This document shows positions 14,441-29,400 of a stretch of DNA of 64,000 nt, one piece after another (the stretch's first letter is position 1; each line of letters begins with the position of its first letter). Under the pieces are notes generated by a model, which had not been told where the DNA came from, did no database searches, and saw only the letters and a list, made by a program, of their open reading frames with translations. The DNA comes from Phoronis australis (lineage: Eukaryota > Animalia > Phoronida): positions 304,011 through 368,010 of the forward strand of contig NMRA01000065.1 of the NCBI GenBank assembly GCA_002633005.1, read 5' to 3'. The position numbers were made by a program, and so were the translations under genes.

Positions 14441-17400
14441 GTACTCATTTTACTTGTATTTTATCAGAACTGTATGATTACAAGGTCATAAAATTCACAG
14501 GCAGACGAATTTCCCGATGACTCATATTGTCTTGTCATAACTATATGAAACATAAAAGGTAAAAGTGGAGAAAACGGGTCCCTCTTCAAAGTGGCTACCG
14601 GGAACCAGTTTCACTGAATAACGGATATTGCCTTTATTCTGTTGTGACTTGAAACCCACGGACGAACACGAACACATGAGACGACACGAAAGACGAGACC
14701 ACACAAACCAACATTCACAACAATTCAGTGAAAACTAGTTTTCGGCAATCATTTTCAAGAGGGACCCAATTACTCCACTGTAAAAGTTGGACACTAAAAC
14801 TTTGCCGAGCCAACAGGCGTCCTCAGCTTCTGATCGTCCCCAATAGGCCCAATACACACTATATATTATACTACATGGTATGACACTACGGACAACTTCA
14901 CCCATCCATATCAAACACAAAACTCAATAAATTTACCCAAATCAAGGCTTCAACAAACCATTAGTAATTGTTCTTTCTTCTAATACCATTCACGGTGTTC
15001 TGCTCCACGTTCATTCTCAATAAGAATGACCAAATGCGAAATGAAAATTCATAAAAGTAAAGTTCATTTGTTATTGTCAAATTTGACTCATCAAAACCAA
15101 GTGCTATTTTAGGGTTATGAATCAGAAAGAAGTAGCAAGTGATCTCAAAGAGTTCTTTTTATTGAAATTTTAAAAATGGTACTTAAAAGTACAAATTTGT
15201 TACCAGAAATGTACGATACCAAGCACATACATAGAAAAATAAAAACATGTCGTTTTATTAGAGTAAGCAACCATTTAAAAAACATTTAAATCAACAAAAA
15301 ATAAGTTTGGTGAAAACACTTATTCAATCTGCTTCATGATGACAGAAGGCAAACAGAAAAAATACACGTGGTATTGAAATGTGGCATTTTTGTAAACAAT
15401 GTGCAGGTAAAACAGGGCAGTGCGACCTCCTTTCGTTTCTTCTCAAACAATGTACATTGTGAGCATTAAAACTTCTCCGCATTATTTGAAGGAATTCGTG
15501 AGAATAAAATCTGAAAAAGTGTAATACACTTTGTCATACCAATCCATATATATAATGGTATGCATGTAATGTACATTTCGTTCAAATGACACTTGTTTTT
15601 GCTTGGTCCAATTTCAACGTAACTACTGTTAAAACATATTTGTAGGTTCGGTAAAGTCTTAATATAGAAACAATCAACACTTGGTGGTACATATTGGCAG
15701 TTGCCAAACAGATAACATACAACTGTAATGCAGCGACAACATATGGCACGTTTTATTAAGAATGGGTGTCCAGCGAGATCGCAACAAATTCACATTCAAA
15801 GCTCAAGAATGTTCACAAAAAGCCCAGCATCAGTCCTTCTTTGATGGTTCGAGGTCAAAGACGTTATGGCCATGGCCGATTTGTCACAGAGTGTCACGAC
15901 ATCGATAACTCCACATTTAGCCAGACCATTTTGTAACCTTCCGTGATAAACCGGCAATTGTCGTCCATCCGTAACTCATCAGATAGTTTATTGGGGGAGA
16001 TGTGAGATCCAGGGTGCATTTCTAAGATAATCTTGTCAGAATTACTAGGTACATGTAGTTGAGTCTATGGTAACTTTTTGTACCAATAAAATAGCGTTTT
16101 TGTCATAGTTTGTGTGACGTTATTGTGCCTAGTCGCTAACTGTTATTTATGAGTGGACTTGCACAGTATTACTAAGTTGTGTGCCACTTTGGCAACGTGC
16201 ATGGAGAAGCATTTGAGATTTTGTGAACATTTATCGAGAATTGGGATGCATTATAGTCGAGAAAATATGGTAATTTAGTCGCTGTTTGTGTGCCGAAACT
16301 CTGTTGAATTTCAATGTTGTCCAGTTTACTTTTAAAACTACTGTAGGCCTTGAAGTATCACACTTGCCATTTTCCTAGAACATGAACATCTGCATGTAGG
16401 TCTTCAGAAAGCATTTGTAAGCAGGGCCATCTATTGTTTACATTTGAGGTAGATCTATGTTGTTTGTGAGCAGAAATGAGCAAAGTTAGCATTCTAGTAA
16501 AAAAGCTGTAAGTGAAAGTTCACCAACTCAAAATCATTTATTATCAAGGGACTTCATTAGCAAGAGAAGTGATTTTTTGAAATCACCCTCATCATATAAT
16601 TGAACCTGAAACCTAGTAGTCACAGTCTTATGATCAACTGGCAGGTCTTACGATCAACTGGCAGAGCTAAACCTGACTTTTTGGCAGGCAATAGCAACAT
16701 TGGCAATTACCGTTAGTAATAAAATGGCAAGATCACAACAAATTGTGTTGTTTTATTAATAACTTTGAGAAGCCTATCCCATCCTTAAAAGTAAGCCTCA
16801 AATTGTGTGCTATATAACCAATGTTATTTTATTAGAATCGTGTTAGATAATCTTGAAAACTTGTCACGTGGTGTTTATCCGTGTCTCATTTCATGATGAT
16901 GATTGTGGTGATGTTGTTTTTCAGGTTCTGCACGGTGTCAACATAGGGCCAGATCACATTGTCAGGAAGAGAAGCATAGATCAAAAACTTAGGATACACA
17001 TAGTGTACGATGTGTCACTTAATTCACTGCCCAGCATCCAAAACGAGACTATTAGGGTGAGTCCCTGAGCTTGTGCTCATATATGATTGTAACGTTCTCC
17101 AGTTTGGGACAATCTCAAACATTCGCTATCGATCATCTGAATATTGGGACACGGTTAATTTTGGCATTCCACTTATGGATTTATCAAGGTTGGTACAATG
17201 TTTTTGTATCAACAGAGTCTGAAAGTAAACCTGACTGTTGACTGTTGAAATTGGATGATAATAAGGTCATGTATGGTTGAAATTTCCGATTTCGATAGCC
17301 GTTATGTTTGCATGCATAGTGTGTAACATAGAGATGAATGGTCGTTTGTTTACGTGTCATTCTCTCTAAAATGGTTGTGGGAAATAGACACACTCTTTTC

Positions 17401-20400
17401 TATGCAAACAAATGTCGTGCTACTTAATATTTCCGTTGGAAAGGGTTTGTTACATACACCACAACCTTCTACAGTTTTGAGTTGCTTATGCAGTGAAGTA
17501 AAGAAATTATAATAACTATAGTATAAAAGGTTGTATGGGATGTCATCATTTGTAATACTATAATATTGTATTAAGCCAGGTTTTCGCAATAAATAATAAA
17601 GGAAACACAAACTAGCCAGCATGTCACACTGTTGCTAATGACAATGTGTCATTCTGAACATGGAATATTTAATAGGTAATTAAATTTCCATTTCTTTCTT
17701 TATTCCAAATGATCTTATTGATCATTGTGGTAACCAGCAGTCATTGCCTTTAATCTGGTAAATACCACAAAATAAATCAGCGTTGTTGCATTTCATTCAC
17801 CTTTGTTGAAATAAGACACCTTGTTCTCATTCAGCAGCTGACTATGCTGGATATTCAGTCAAGTACATTCAAAAGAAACTTTTATATTTGATTTCATTCT
17901 CTGAAAGATCACCGCTGCCTCGTTCATGAAGATGTGAAAAATCAACACAGGCAGCCTCTGTCGTGAAGTATTTTTCTTGCCATGAAGCAGAGGTTTGTCA
18001 CGTTAGAAATCATGAGCAGAGGTCAAGGTCACATTCTTGTCATTGCAGTCACGTATCCTGCCTTCAGCTGTTGAGTATTGGGAGAAGACATTGAGCGTTC
18101 GCTACACTTCTGGGCCAATCAGACTGAGAAGGTGTGTGAATTGTGCCTGTTGTACAATGCTGTTTGGTTATGCCAAAAAAGCCAAACAAAATGATCCGGA
18201 ATTCCTGATTATGGCCATTGGAATTCCCCGTCGTGATGGCAGAATTCTATGTCATGGTAGCTGAAATGAAAAGTCGATACCTTTTTGAGTTGTGACTGGG
18301 TAACATACTATTGTCCGAATATATTTAGTGTTACAGTGCATGCCAAAAGTGATCAGACAATGTACGGTTTCCACCGCATGGTGAGTAAAGACGCGTCATG
18401 AAGGGTTATTCCAGCTGCTCTGATGGGGAATTCTGATTGTGCTCAACCATCGTGATGGGAATTTCCACTTGTACCCAGCCATCATGACAGGGAATTCTGG
18501 GTCATTTTGTCAGATTGTGTGAATTTTGAACCTTAGTATTATCCATGTTCTTTGAAACATGAAGCTTATTACTGAATTGATGTTTTAAACTCATTTTAGT
18601 TGTTTCTTTTAACTAACTGGTAGTTTCCATGTCATTGTGTCTTATTTTTATTGACTGATAGTTCTATTATTGGTCGCTGTCTGTGTGTGAATGTTATTCA
18701 TGTTGTTTTATGGCTAAATCTTCATTTTATTCTCAGGCAGTGCAAAAGCAACTTTTTACGCTACAGTAACAACGGTACGCAGCCATATTGTGTGGATGGT
18801 TGTGAACATGTCACCGTGTGTGGAGATGTTGCTGTACCTCAGCGCCATCTTGAGGTGAGCCTGGGAAATGATGAAACAGCAGCAGTGTTCATTGCTGTTG
18901 TGGGGCATAGGCGCATGTTGACGCAGCCAACCACCTTTTGGCATTTTAATGTAGCGCCTACGCACCGTAAGTTATGTTCAGTGCTCAAGGTGATACGGTA
19001 GGCTTTGGGCGCCTACTTACCTCTAATTTTACCACTACAGCACTGGCAGTGTTGTGATTCAAATGGTTGTGCGCTCGTGCAATGTTCGGCAAGTTTATAT
19101 TTAGGATTTTATGCTAACTATGAATATCTGGTCAACGTGCACTGGTTAGGTTTTACATTTTGGTTTTAGTTGTGACTAAAGCTTAGCCAACTTTTCAGTA
19201 GTGTTCATTAGCACTCAGGAGAATGTATTCATTTTGATTTGACTGTTAAGTGTCTGCTATGTCCTCATTGCCTGAACAGCGTGACATACAAAATTGAACA
19301 GGCATTGTGATGCTGGATATAAGGCTTTGCCATATTTTCTGTTTGCCAGATTCCTAGCATCAACTGTCATGTGATTTAAAGTTGTCCATTTCACATAGGT
19401 AAACTAGGATGGTGGTTGCTTCATTGCTGATCCGAACTGATTAATGAGCTTTAGGCGCCTTCTAGAACACAAATCACGAATTACAAACTAGGAACGGCAA
19501 CTTTCCAATGTTTAGAAAACGGACAATCGCCACACAAATAAAAAAGTTCATGTTAACTCAACGTTTTGTCTATTCATAATGTAATACTCTAATTGATTTC
19601 CAATGTTTGTTTAGTATTTGTACCCAGTTGTAGAATGATGCACTAACTGTCAAGTATTACCTTTTGATGTATCGTCATGCAGGCCTGCAGACAAGGTGGT
19701 CGTCCGGACCAGCCTGTGAGTATCACTGGAGAGTCGGGGGAGGGCGTCGCTGATACTGACTTCATACTTTATGTGTCTTCGCTGACAACCAAACGATGCT
19801 CCCAGGGTTCAACCATTGCTTATGCAGCATATTGTCAGCTTGAGTCCTCTTTTGATAGGTATGGAAAACTTTTGAAGATGTTAATTTCTTGTTTCATGGC
19901 AGTTCCAACACCTAATTGAATGGATGCAGAACACTTGCTGAACTCACAAACTCATAAAAATGTTTTTTGAGTAATGGCTGAAATGAACTAAGAATGACGT
20001 TCGGGCGTTGCTAAACCTTTTTTCTAGATGTTTTGATTCTACTTCATTTTAAGTGCAAACAAAGGATATTCAATTCATGTATGGTGGTATGCCCTTGCAA
20101 CTGTTCTTGAACTGTTTGTCTTTCTCACCATATTGTAAATGTTTTGATTGTATCTAATTCTCTCGTGCACCCCTGAATCTTTGCGTATGGTAGCTGTACC
20201 CCTGCTCTTGTGTACTCATTGCCTTTCCCTATTCTAGGCCTATAGCAGGCTACGTGAATATCTGCCCCAATGCTATCTCAAGTAAAGAACATGAAGTTCA
20301 ACAGATGGTGTCCACCATTAAGCACGAGATACTCCATGCACTGGGCTTCTCCGCTGGCTTGTTTGCATTTTACCGAGATCCTGCAGGAAATCCGTTCACT

Positions 20401-23400
20401 GTTCGATATCGTCTTGGCAACAAACCAGAGTACAATGATGAGTAGGTTTTAAAAAATATTGATGCAGAAGCATTTTCATACCAGTGATTTTAACATGAAA
20501 ACAGTTGTATTGATCACTCCTCAGGTAATGTGGCTATTGCTGTAGGACATCCCTTCTCACTCATTAGCGAGTGCGGAACATTTTAATTTTGCAAAATGTC
20601 AGAAAAAATCAAGTCATGAACAAGAACATTCTTGTTTTCTGTGCTTGTGATAAGGCTAATTGGAGTAATTTGCCTAATAAACCGATTCATTCTTGTTTTA
20701 TCTTACTTTGAAGTTGGCCATACCCCTCAAAGCAGTGTTCTTTATCTTTTAAATAAAAACAAACCACGTTCCGCATCTTACAAAATGAATGCAATAATTA
20801 TTGGTGTTTTTCAAAATTTTTAAGTGACGGCAAGATTTACTTTCGGGGCACTTTTGCCATTAAAACTTTAGAAAAACAATCGTGCATTCAAAACTTGACT
20901 TGAAAATTGACCAATTATGTGGCAAGCTTCAAGTTAACTTACAAAGTTCCCAAGTCGTGCAGTGTAATGAATTTAATTCTGGGCCTGAATGGATCATTGT
21001 GAGAAATGTAAGAAGTATGCCCCGGCTTCACACAGGATTTATAATTATCTTTCGTCACTAAAACGTTCTTGAGATTGAATCCATGAATGTCAAGTCAGAT
21101 TGTTTCCGCTAGCAACAAACAGCTTCATTCATAACTGAATGTCTCTCAAAATCTGGAGTAATTTATCATTTTACCCTTTGCAAAGTTAAAATACTCCAGG
21201 ATGCAACCAGCTAGCAATGATCGTCCTTCTAACTTGTAGAAATTGTTTTGTGAACGTCTCGTATTGAAAAACAATGTGTGCCTTGAATCGAATTGTCAGA
21301 GTCTTAGTACTGAGCCCTGTTTAGTGGTCAGCGTTAATGTACTATTGGCTCAGTAACTTTTAATTTTTTTATGATTACATTACAGTAAAGTTTTTTCAAT
21401 GTTGAAGACAATGGTGGACTAGTGACATTTTATTTCACCAGAAATTTCTACATAGAAAACAAAAGGAAAACTTAACCTAACTATTTGAATATAGTGGAAC
21501 CGTCAGCAACAAACAAGATATGTTAAACAGTTATTAACAGTGCATTGACCTTTGACCTTCTGAAAAGGGGAAAATTACCATTATTTTTTATTTGAGTTTT
21601 ATGAAAGCTTACCATACTTAATTCATAATTTTCAGTTTGCAACTTTATCAGTGGAGCGACAAGGTTGTTAAGGAAATTGTCTACAATGATTGGGAAACAC
21701 GGAGTGGCAATGTAGTGAAGAGGGCCTATGTTATTGTCACCCCGAAAGTCAAGGTAAAGCACAAATCATTCACCAGCATAGTGTATCTCTTTTGGGTGAA
21801 TGGGCATAGGAAATGGGAATGAGTGTATTGCATGTTTTCATTCACATAGATGCAGAGGAACTGCCAAGTGACAGATAGGCTGACTGTTTCGAAATTGCAA
21901 TTCTCCATGTAATGAAGTGGATATATTTCTGTGTGTTATATGCTTGTTGATTTCCGGCGATATCCATTCTTCTGCATGAGTGATGCAAATACCCTTTTGG
22001 AGGAAACATTTCTGTGGCACTTTTTATTTATTCCAAGCAGTTATGAAGTGTTTTTATTTATTCAATGGTTGTTGAGAATGAGTGACTGTTCTTGTCCCGC
22101 AGGCTGAAGTGCAGAAACATTTCAACTGTTCTAAATTAGAGGGCGCTGAGTTGGAAGACCAGGGGATTGTGGGTACTGCTCTCACTCACTGGGAAAAAAG
22201 GATGTTTGAGGTATGTCTGGTCTCTATTAAGAATTATGTCTTCATTACATACAAAAGGGCTGCATAATGCATCATTGTAAATAGCCAGCGTCACCCTTTG
22301 CACCTCTTTATCCCTTTATTTGGCGAGTCGTCACGAAATGTGACTAATGTTTTTCTTCTGCATATTCGAATACTGCTCTGCCCCCTTGTGTCAGGTTTTT
22401 TATACTTCTTTCTAAATCTACTTGGTACCATGATGGCTGTTCATAAAACATGGCCGAAATGTTCAAAATTATATAACAGAAGGCAGCCCTAGGTGCCTTG
22501 GAGACACGTTTTGTGTCATTGATGAATCTCACCGGTGTGATTTTTTTGTGCAGATGATTGGTTACGTCTGCCAATTTCATGAAGCATTACATCTCATTTC
22601 TCGTCAGTCAACAATATTGAATGATTCTTACTGACTGGGATTTGAATTGGCGGTTACCACGGTTTGTGGACTTTCATGAGGGTCTTTCTTTGGATTAGGG
22701 AACAGAGGTGGATGCCATTGCCTACGGTTAAACAAAGTAGTTACAGGCAGTGAATTAATCATTAAATCTGAACCTTTTTCAGTCTTTGAATGACAAAACT
22801 GGTTAAATAGAGTAGAATAAAAGAGAAACTTGTGTATTCTGCTGCTTGTCTTTTGTTGAGTAGTCACAGTCTTCCCTCTTTAGGATTTCTGAGCCATAAT
22901 AATGGGCTGACCAGGCTTATGTATCTAACCTCACTGCAGAGCACTTATCTGATCTTAATTCCCCCCTCCTACCCAAAATTCCAATCAGTTTTGAATAGGG
23001 AAGTACCTAATATTTAATATTTTAATGATTTGAATTAATGTCTTGTAGACTGAAATTGCTTTTACGTGTCTCTAGTGTTCACTTTCCCCATGCAATTCGA
23101 CATAATAGCAATTTCTCCTGTGTTCAAAGTTCAAGGCTGTATCGAGATGTCAAAGATTAATGCAGCTCTTCGCCCCGTTTAGGTGGCTAAAACAAAGATC
23201 AAATAAGCCTTTTACTCTCATAATGTCTGTCTCATAATATTCCTTACCATAACAGAATTCTATTTCCATTACAAACATGAAAATCGAAAGTGTCAGTTAC
23301 TCAAGGAAATGCTTGATTGGAGTTGGCCTACTCTAAAATTGCGAAATTGAAAATTGCCTGTGACTTGAGTTGCCAGTATTTAGCTGTACAAACGGAGTAA

Positions 23401-26400
23401 AATGCTGGCCTTGAATCTTCAGATGGTGTCTGGTTGTTTCAGAATGAGGTTATGACTGGAACATACACTCAACATCCCATGGTGTCACGAATAACTCTAG
23501 CGTTACTTGAAGACACTGGGTAGGTCTGCATAATGATGATTATGGTGAAATCTCACAATATGGCATATACAATTTTGATTATCATTTTTGTAAAAGATAT
23601 GTATCACTAAACTAATGGCTTGCTCTGTCCAAGTTCTTCGCCTAAACTATTATGAGATAGTATTTTGAAAAATATGGGCATTAACAAGTCAGAATGTTAG
23701 AACTCTGTGAAAAACTGAAAAAGGTCAATTTTGGAAAGTGAATTTTAATCAAATTTTGTCCAAAATTGAGAGTATACTGTAACCACATATTCGAGGAGAC
23801 ATGAGTAATATTTTGATTTTTATTTTAAGCCAATTCTGGTCCGCCATCTACAGCTTACGCTTAGTAACAGTAATTAAAATTTTACAGTATGGGACACAAT
23901 ATAATGGCAGACAGGCAAATTTTTATTTTGTCAAATTTCTCAACAAAATTAGTTTTCAGGAAAATTTACTTAGGTTCGTGAGACATTTTGTTAAACAGTT
24001 CGTGGAGGTATACTGAAGGTGCTGTATCATTGGGCACTGTGTTATACGTCTTTAAGCCTGTATCATTATAATATGAACCTAATGAAACCTGTCTCTGCGT
24101 GCACAGTGAACTTGTTTCAATTTGGCACTGAGAGTTTTGAATTCAGAACTTCAGCTTTTAAATCTACCATTCCACGCGCATTAAATTTAAATTGTAAATT
24201 TAAATTACTTTCTTGTTGGCAAATAGTTATATAAGGTCGGTGCTTTCTTGATGCATTCATCCATTTCAGTAGTTTGTGGACTAAGGTTTTTCATTGAAAA
24301 TGTGTCAGTTCTTTACATTGTTACGTCTGCTAAAGTTCGAAAACTGGTCTAGTTATTTTGTTTGTTCTTTAATTTAAGGTCTAAGTTATGACTATTTCAA
24401 CTTTGTGAAAAGGTTATGAAGAGTGAAAAGTTGTTACTGGTGTAAATGAGACTTTTTCGTAATAAATGACATTCATGTTTTGTTTCTTAGCTGGTACAAA
24501 GCAGACTACAGCTATGCTGAGCCGCTGTTGTGGGGAAAAAATCTTGGCTGTGACTTTGTGCAGAAAAGCTGCCTAGGATGGATGAATCTTCGTCGGAGGA
24601 GGTAACGTCTGCCGTAAAAATTCGCAAAATTAGGTCACGATTCCAGGAATGCCAACTGTTACGGATTTATTTGTATTCGATGTGTTTTGAACCTAAAATT
24701 ACCACGTATTGGTTTTTAAGTGTTACAGATTTTTGCACATTTATTTTTCTTCAAAAAAAACAGCTGAAAATCAGAAATACCTTTGAAGTAATCACAGTTC
24801 TGAAGCACCAGATCTGGAAAATTAAGGAAATAGTCGAGAGCGCAAGATCTGACCAATAAAACATATCTTGAGTACCAGTGTCTAGTATGATTTACATACA
24901 CGATTTCACTTTCGTGATTGGTCAGTTATACTTAGTTTGTAAAAATCTAACCAATGAAAATGCACTTTCTTTGCTTTGCATTGTGGGATGTTATCTGCTT
25001 TGGAAGTCCTGTCAAGATGTCGAGAGTGGAATTTCGGAGATGAATATTGCGAGGAGTTAGATTAGATCTAGAATACCGGAAAAAATTCACCACATTTCAT
25101 CCTGGTGACTTCAGCAGTGAAAACCTGGGCATCTACAGCCTCAGTGTATCACCCCATCTTTTGATTGAAGTTTAAATGTTCTGAAAATTTAGCAAATCGT
25201 ACTAGTTTTCACTTGAAAAATAAGGATTTTTGACATGAAAGTTTGCGTGCTTAATGGTTTGACAGTCCTGTGATTCTGCGTCAGAAAATCTTTTTCAAGC
25301 TTGATTCTATTTCTGACATTGCAAGATCACTCAGTGTTGGAAAGAAATGTTAAGAGGTGACTCGTCACTTTGCTTGGCCAGGCGTGTTGAATTTAGGTCA
25401 GCATGTTTCTCTGACAGTAATGTTATCTTTGTTCACAGAGGCCAGTCCATCCACCCCTACTGTAACCGTGTGAAAGGGCACAGTTTGGAGACGGAATGCC
25501 TCGAATCTCGAGATGCAGTCGCTGTGTGCAACCTTGTGCAATATACTAAGGAGTTACCACCCAGATATCAAGTAATTTACTAGTTATAACACACTTTCTG
25601 CATTAGAATAAACAATAACTTTGTTTTCACTTTATGTACAAGTTTATGTATTTACTAGTCGATTATCAAAGTGTAATCTGAATTTGATTTTTAACTTCAT
25701 CTCCATCTCCTATTAATTGGGTCACATGATCATGTCTTTTCAGTAAAATTTAGCAAATGAAGGTACATTCTCAGCTAAACAATGGTAATAATAATATAAC
25801 CAAATTTAACTTTTTGTTCTTACTGTTTAAAATGAAATTTCAAAAACCCTGTTATTCTTTTCTTAATTATCATTTTGTTTTTGTTTTATGCAACTTTCGA
25901 TTGTTTGAGAAGAATCATTGAAGTCCTAATTTTTGACAGCCCCTTAGGCAAAAGTAAAACATTTAAAAACAAAGCCTGGCATTGTTATGAAGAAAAGTGC
26001 TTCTGAGATGTGATGCTCCCAAGTTAGCCAAATTTGGACATTTTTCCAGCGCTCTACATGATTATGACACCTGTTTGTAGTCTCATGTCACAGTATCTAC
26101 AGCAAACGCCAAAAGTAATAAAAAGACAAAATAACGTTTCCCAAGTAGTGACCTATAATAAGCCGTTGTCATTGGTCACTCTAGCCACTCTGATGTTGAA
26201 CACCGCTTATACCCAGCAATCACGATGGAGAACTCCGCATGCGCTCAGTTATCGTGATGAGGAATTATGGGTCATGTTTGGCTTGTACTGCAGTTAGAAC
26301 CAGGTGCAATGTAGGCATGTAGTACTGAAAGGTTGCAAACCATGGATAAACCATTACATAACTGCTTCATTCTTTATGTGGTCTGGTCACTGACAAGGGA

Positions 26401-29400
26401 TTTCTAAGGGTTAACAGTGCAATAATTTGAAATTTTTGAGTTAGATGTATCTCACTTTTTTCTATACTGTGCAAAAGTTGGTTGAGCCTCAAAACACCCG
26501 TTGTCAGAGTGATTTTGGATGTCAAGAACGTCACCTTTTGAATTGGGTCTCTTATTGCTTCAAATGTAATCTTGTTTCATCATTTGCAAAGTTACATGTG
26601 AGAGTCTTGGTTTCTGAAGTTACTTTTTTATACGCACATCCAGCCTAAAATGTTGGGGTAGGCTTGAATTTTTCAGTATGTGGACCTTTCACTGAAAAAA
26701 AACGAGGACTAAAAAAATAGGTTTCTGCGTTCACACCTATGAATTGTGCATTTGCGCCGACTTCCCATAGACTTTTGTCTCGTTTACTCAGACTTTTTGT
26801 TTCTCTGAGGCGGACCTTTTTGAACACTTCGAATAACGGAGGGGCTCATTTGAGCCCCTGAGCCCTCCCCCCCCCTGGGTGCGTGCATGTTTTACTTAGG
26901 ACTCAAGTCAATTGATCTGGTAGTTGGTCTGTCAAATAGTTTTATGACACTCGGTGTTTAGTTTGCTAGATATTTAGCAGTCAAGTTTATTTGTATTTGT
27001 ATTTTGTACACTGCTCAGTGTATGTGTTTCTTTCTAGTATTTCAGTAAGTTAGACACTGTCACAGATGACAAGGTTAAAGAGTTTGGAGGATCAGTGCCT
27101 CTAGCAGACTACTGTCCATATCTGCAGGTCAGTGAAATATATTCAGTAAACATGTATGCTGTGATGTCTTCACTAATGGACTTATAGTCTGAAAATGACT
27201 ATCTACCTAATCATGCCATTGACTGACACATACCTTGTCATCTGTGTTTATTTAATTACTTGTAGGAGTTCAACTGGATGGATGGCGATACAGTTGTTCG
27301 AGGATCAAGGTGTTCCATAGCTGAGAATGACCCAAGTAAGTTTGCCGGTCAGGACCATCCCGTCTACTAGCTGAATAAAATGGCTGCTTAAGGTCCTGTG
27401 GTAACCAGGGTGCTGCTTAAGGTCCTGTGGTAACCAGGGTGCTGCTTAAGGTCCTGTGGTAACCAGGGTGCTGCTTAAGGCCCTGTGGTAACCAAGGTGC
27501 TGCCCAAACACCAAAGAATGCATGCTGCTGAGTCAGAAAGGGACCCAATTCAAATTAAACTTAGGACCCCCTATAAGATTTTGAACAGCCCTGTCGACAG
27601 CTCTGTTAAACAACAGGGTTCTGGTATGCGTACAAATTTGCTTTGAAAGCAGCTTACCTAATAAGTATTTAATAGAAAATATGGGACACTCTTGAAATGA
27701 AATAGAATTCTTCCAGATCCAGAGAGCTCATGAGATTTTAACAAAGTTATTGTATCTGCTTGGGTGCTACTGAATGCCCCCCCCCAAAAAAAACAAAATT
27801 CACTGTTAATCAACTATAGTTTGATGTCCTTGGTTTACTATCCATCTCTTGAGTTTTTAGTTTGCTGATTTAAAGGTCAAATTAACTTTGTAAGAAATAC
27901 TTATCCCTGGTTATCTTGAAGTTACATATTTCCCTTGTTAATTACTGTTTCGCTAGTGTGTCTTTGCTACCAAGCAATTGACCCGCATCTTGCATGTAGT
28001 TCTGTATTCTTTTCCATCGCACAAACACGTCTTATTGGACATTGATTGAACAAATTCTCTGCTGGTCGTTTGTGTTTGCACAATGACTGTAAATCCAAAC
28101 ACAAAATACTGACCTGTTTGTCTCTTATCACTTTCTATTGTTACATGGATACTAAGTGTGCACAAAGGTTACAGTAATTAACAGGGAAATTTCTATCCAA
28201 GATAACTTAGGGTCATCATTTTTACTCAGAGTAATCTCAAAAACATCGATTGCTTTCTGCTTTAAACAAGTGTGGTAATGCGCATCTTCTTAAGCTGGAG
28301 TGGCATTTCTCCTTGTAGTTTTCAAGTGAAATCGTTGTGTCCCAGTGTAGTACGTGGCTTTGGCTACCTTCAATGCTATTGCATTCTCAGAAATCTTTCT
28401 TGTGTTTCAGGTGCTGAAGATAACTTTTCTCTGGAGTCTTACGGGAACTCGTCCAAGTGTTTTAANTTAGTTTGCTGATTTAAAGGTCATATTAACTTTG
28501 TAAGAAATACTTATCCCTGGTTATCTTGAAGTTACATATTTTCCTTGTTAATTACTGTTTCGCTAGTGTGTCTTTGCTACCAAGCAATTGACCCGCATCT
28601 TGCATGTAGTCCTGTATTCTTTTCCATCGCACAAACACGTCTTATTGGACATTGATTGAACAAATTCTCTGCTGGTTGTTTGTGTTTGCACAATGACTGT
28701 AAATCCAAACACAAAATACTGACCTGTTTGTCTCGTATCACTTTCTATTGTTACATGGATACTAAGTGTGCACAAAGGTTACAGTAATTAACAGGGAAAT
28801 TTCTATCCAAGATAACTTAGGGTCATCATTTTTACTCAGAGTAATCTCAAAAACATCGATTGCTTTCTGCTTTAAACAAGTGTGGTAATGCGCATCTTCT
28901 TAAGCTGGAGTGGCATTTCTCCTTGTAGTTTTCAAGTGAAATCGTTGTGTCCCAGTGTAGTACGTGGCTTTGGCTACCTTCAATGCTATTGCATTCTCAG
29001 AAATCTTTCTTGTGTTTCAGGTGCTGAAGATAACTTTTCTCTGGAGTCTTACGGGAACTCGTCCAAGTGTTTTAAGCACTCCAAGCGGTTCAGTTTGCAA
29101 CGGTGTTCTAAGTCGCACCACGTCCGTCACTGGGGTAGTGGCTGTTATAAGGTATCAGCTACGTAATTTTGTAGTGCTCTGATGATATCCTGTAGAAATA
29201 GAGTTGTGTATTGCTTACGTCAACATACTGAGGTTGTGAATATTAATAAAAAACTGTTTATGCTGTATGAGCTAGCACTAACACATGGTGGCTAAAGCCA
29301 GACGACTTTTGTTATTTTCAATTTCAATGAATTGAGAATCTATGTTACCAATCAGATAAAGCCTTTCAGAGGAGGGTCAAGTTTTTTTTGGGGGGGGGAG

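Noticed and set aside
15840-16030. CTGATGAG on the - strand and a short ORF in LMLN intron 1
   Set aside because: There is no GAAA or stem geometry for a hammerhead, and the peptide is not recognisable.
20495-20530. 'VLITPQV' plus a GT donor, resembling the end of LMLN exon 7
   Set aside because: The similarity is too short and upstream stops interrupt the frame; likely chance.
27383-27503. 29-bp repeats with CRISPR-like length
   Set aside because: The units are contiguous with no spacers, in a eukaryotic intron. This is a minisatellite, as are 37561-37699 and 40205-41280.
28411-28465. Alternative or duplicated LMLN exon 14
   Set aside because: It is truncated at the N junction and lacks a donor; best explained as an assembly overlap.
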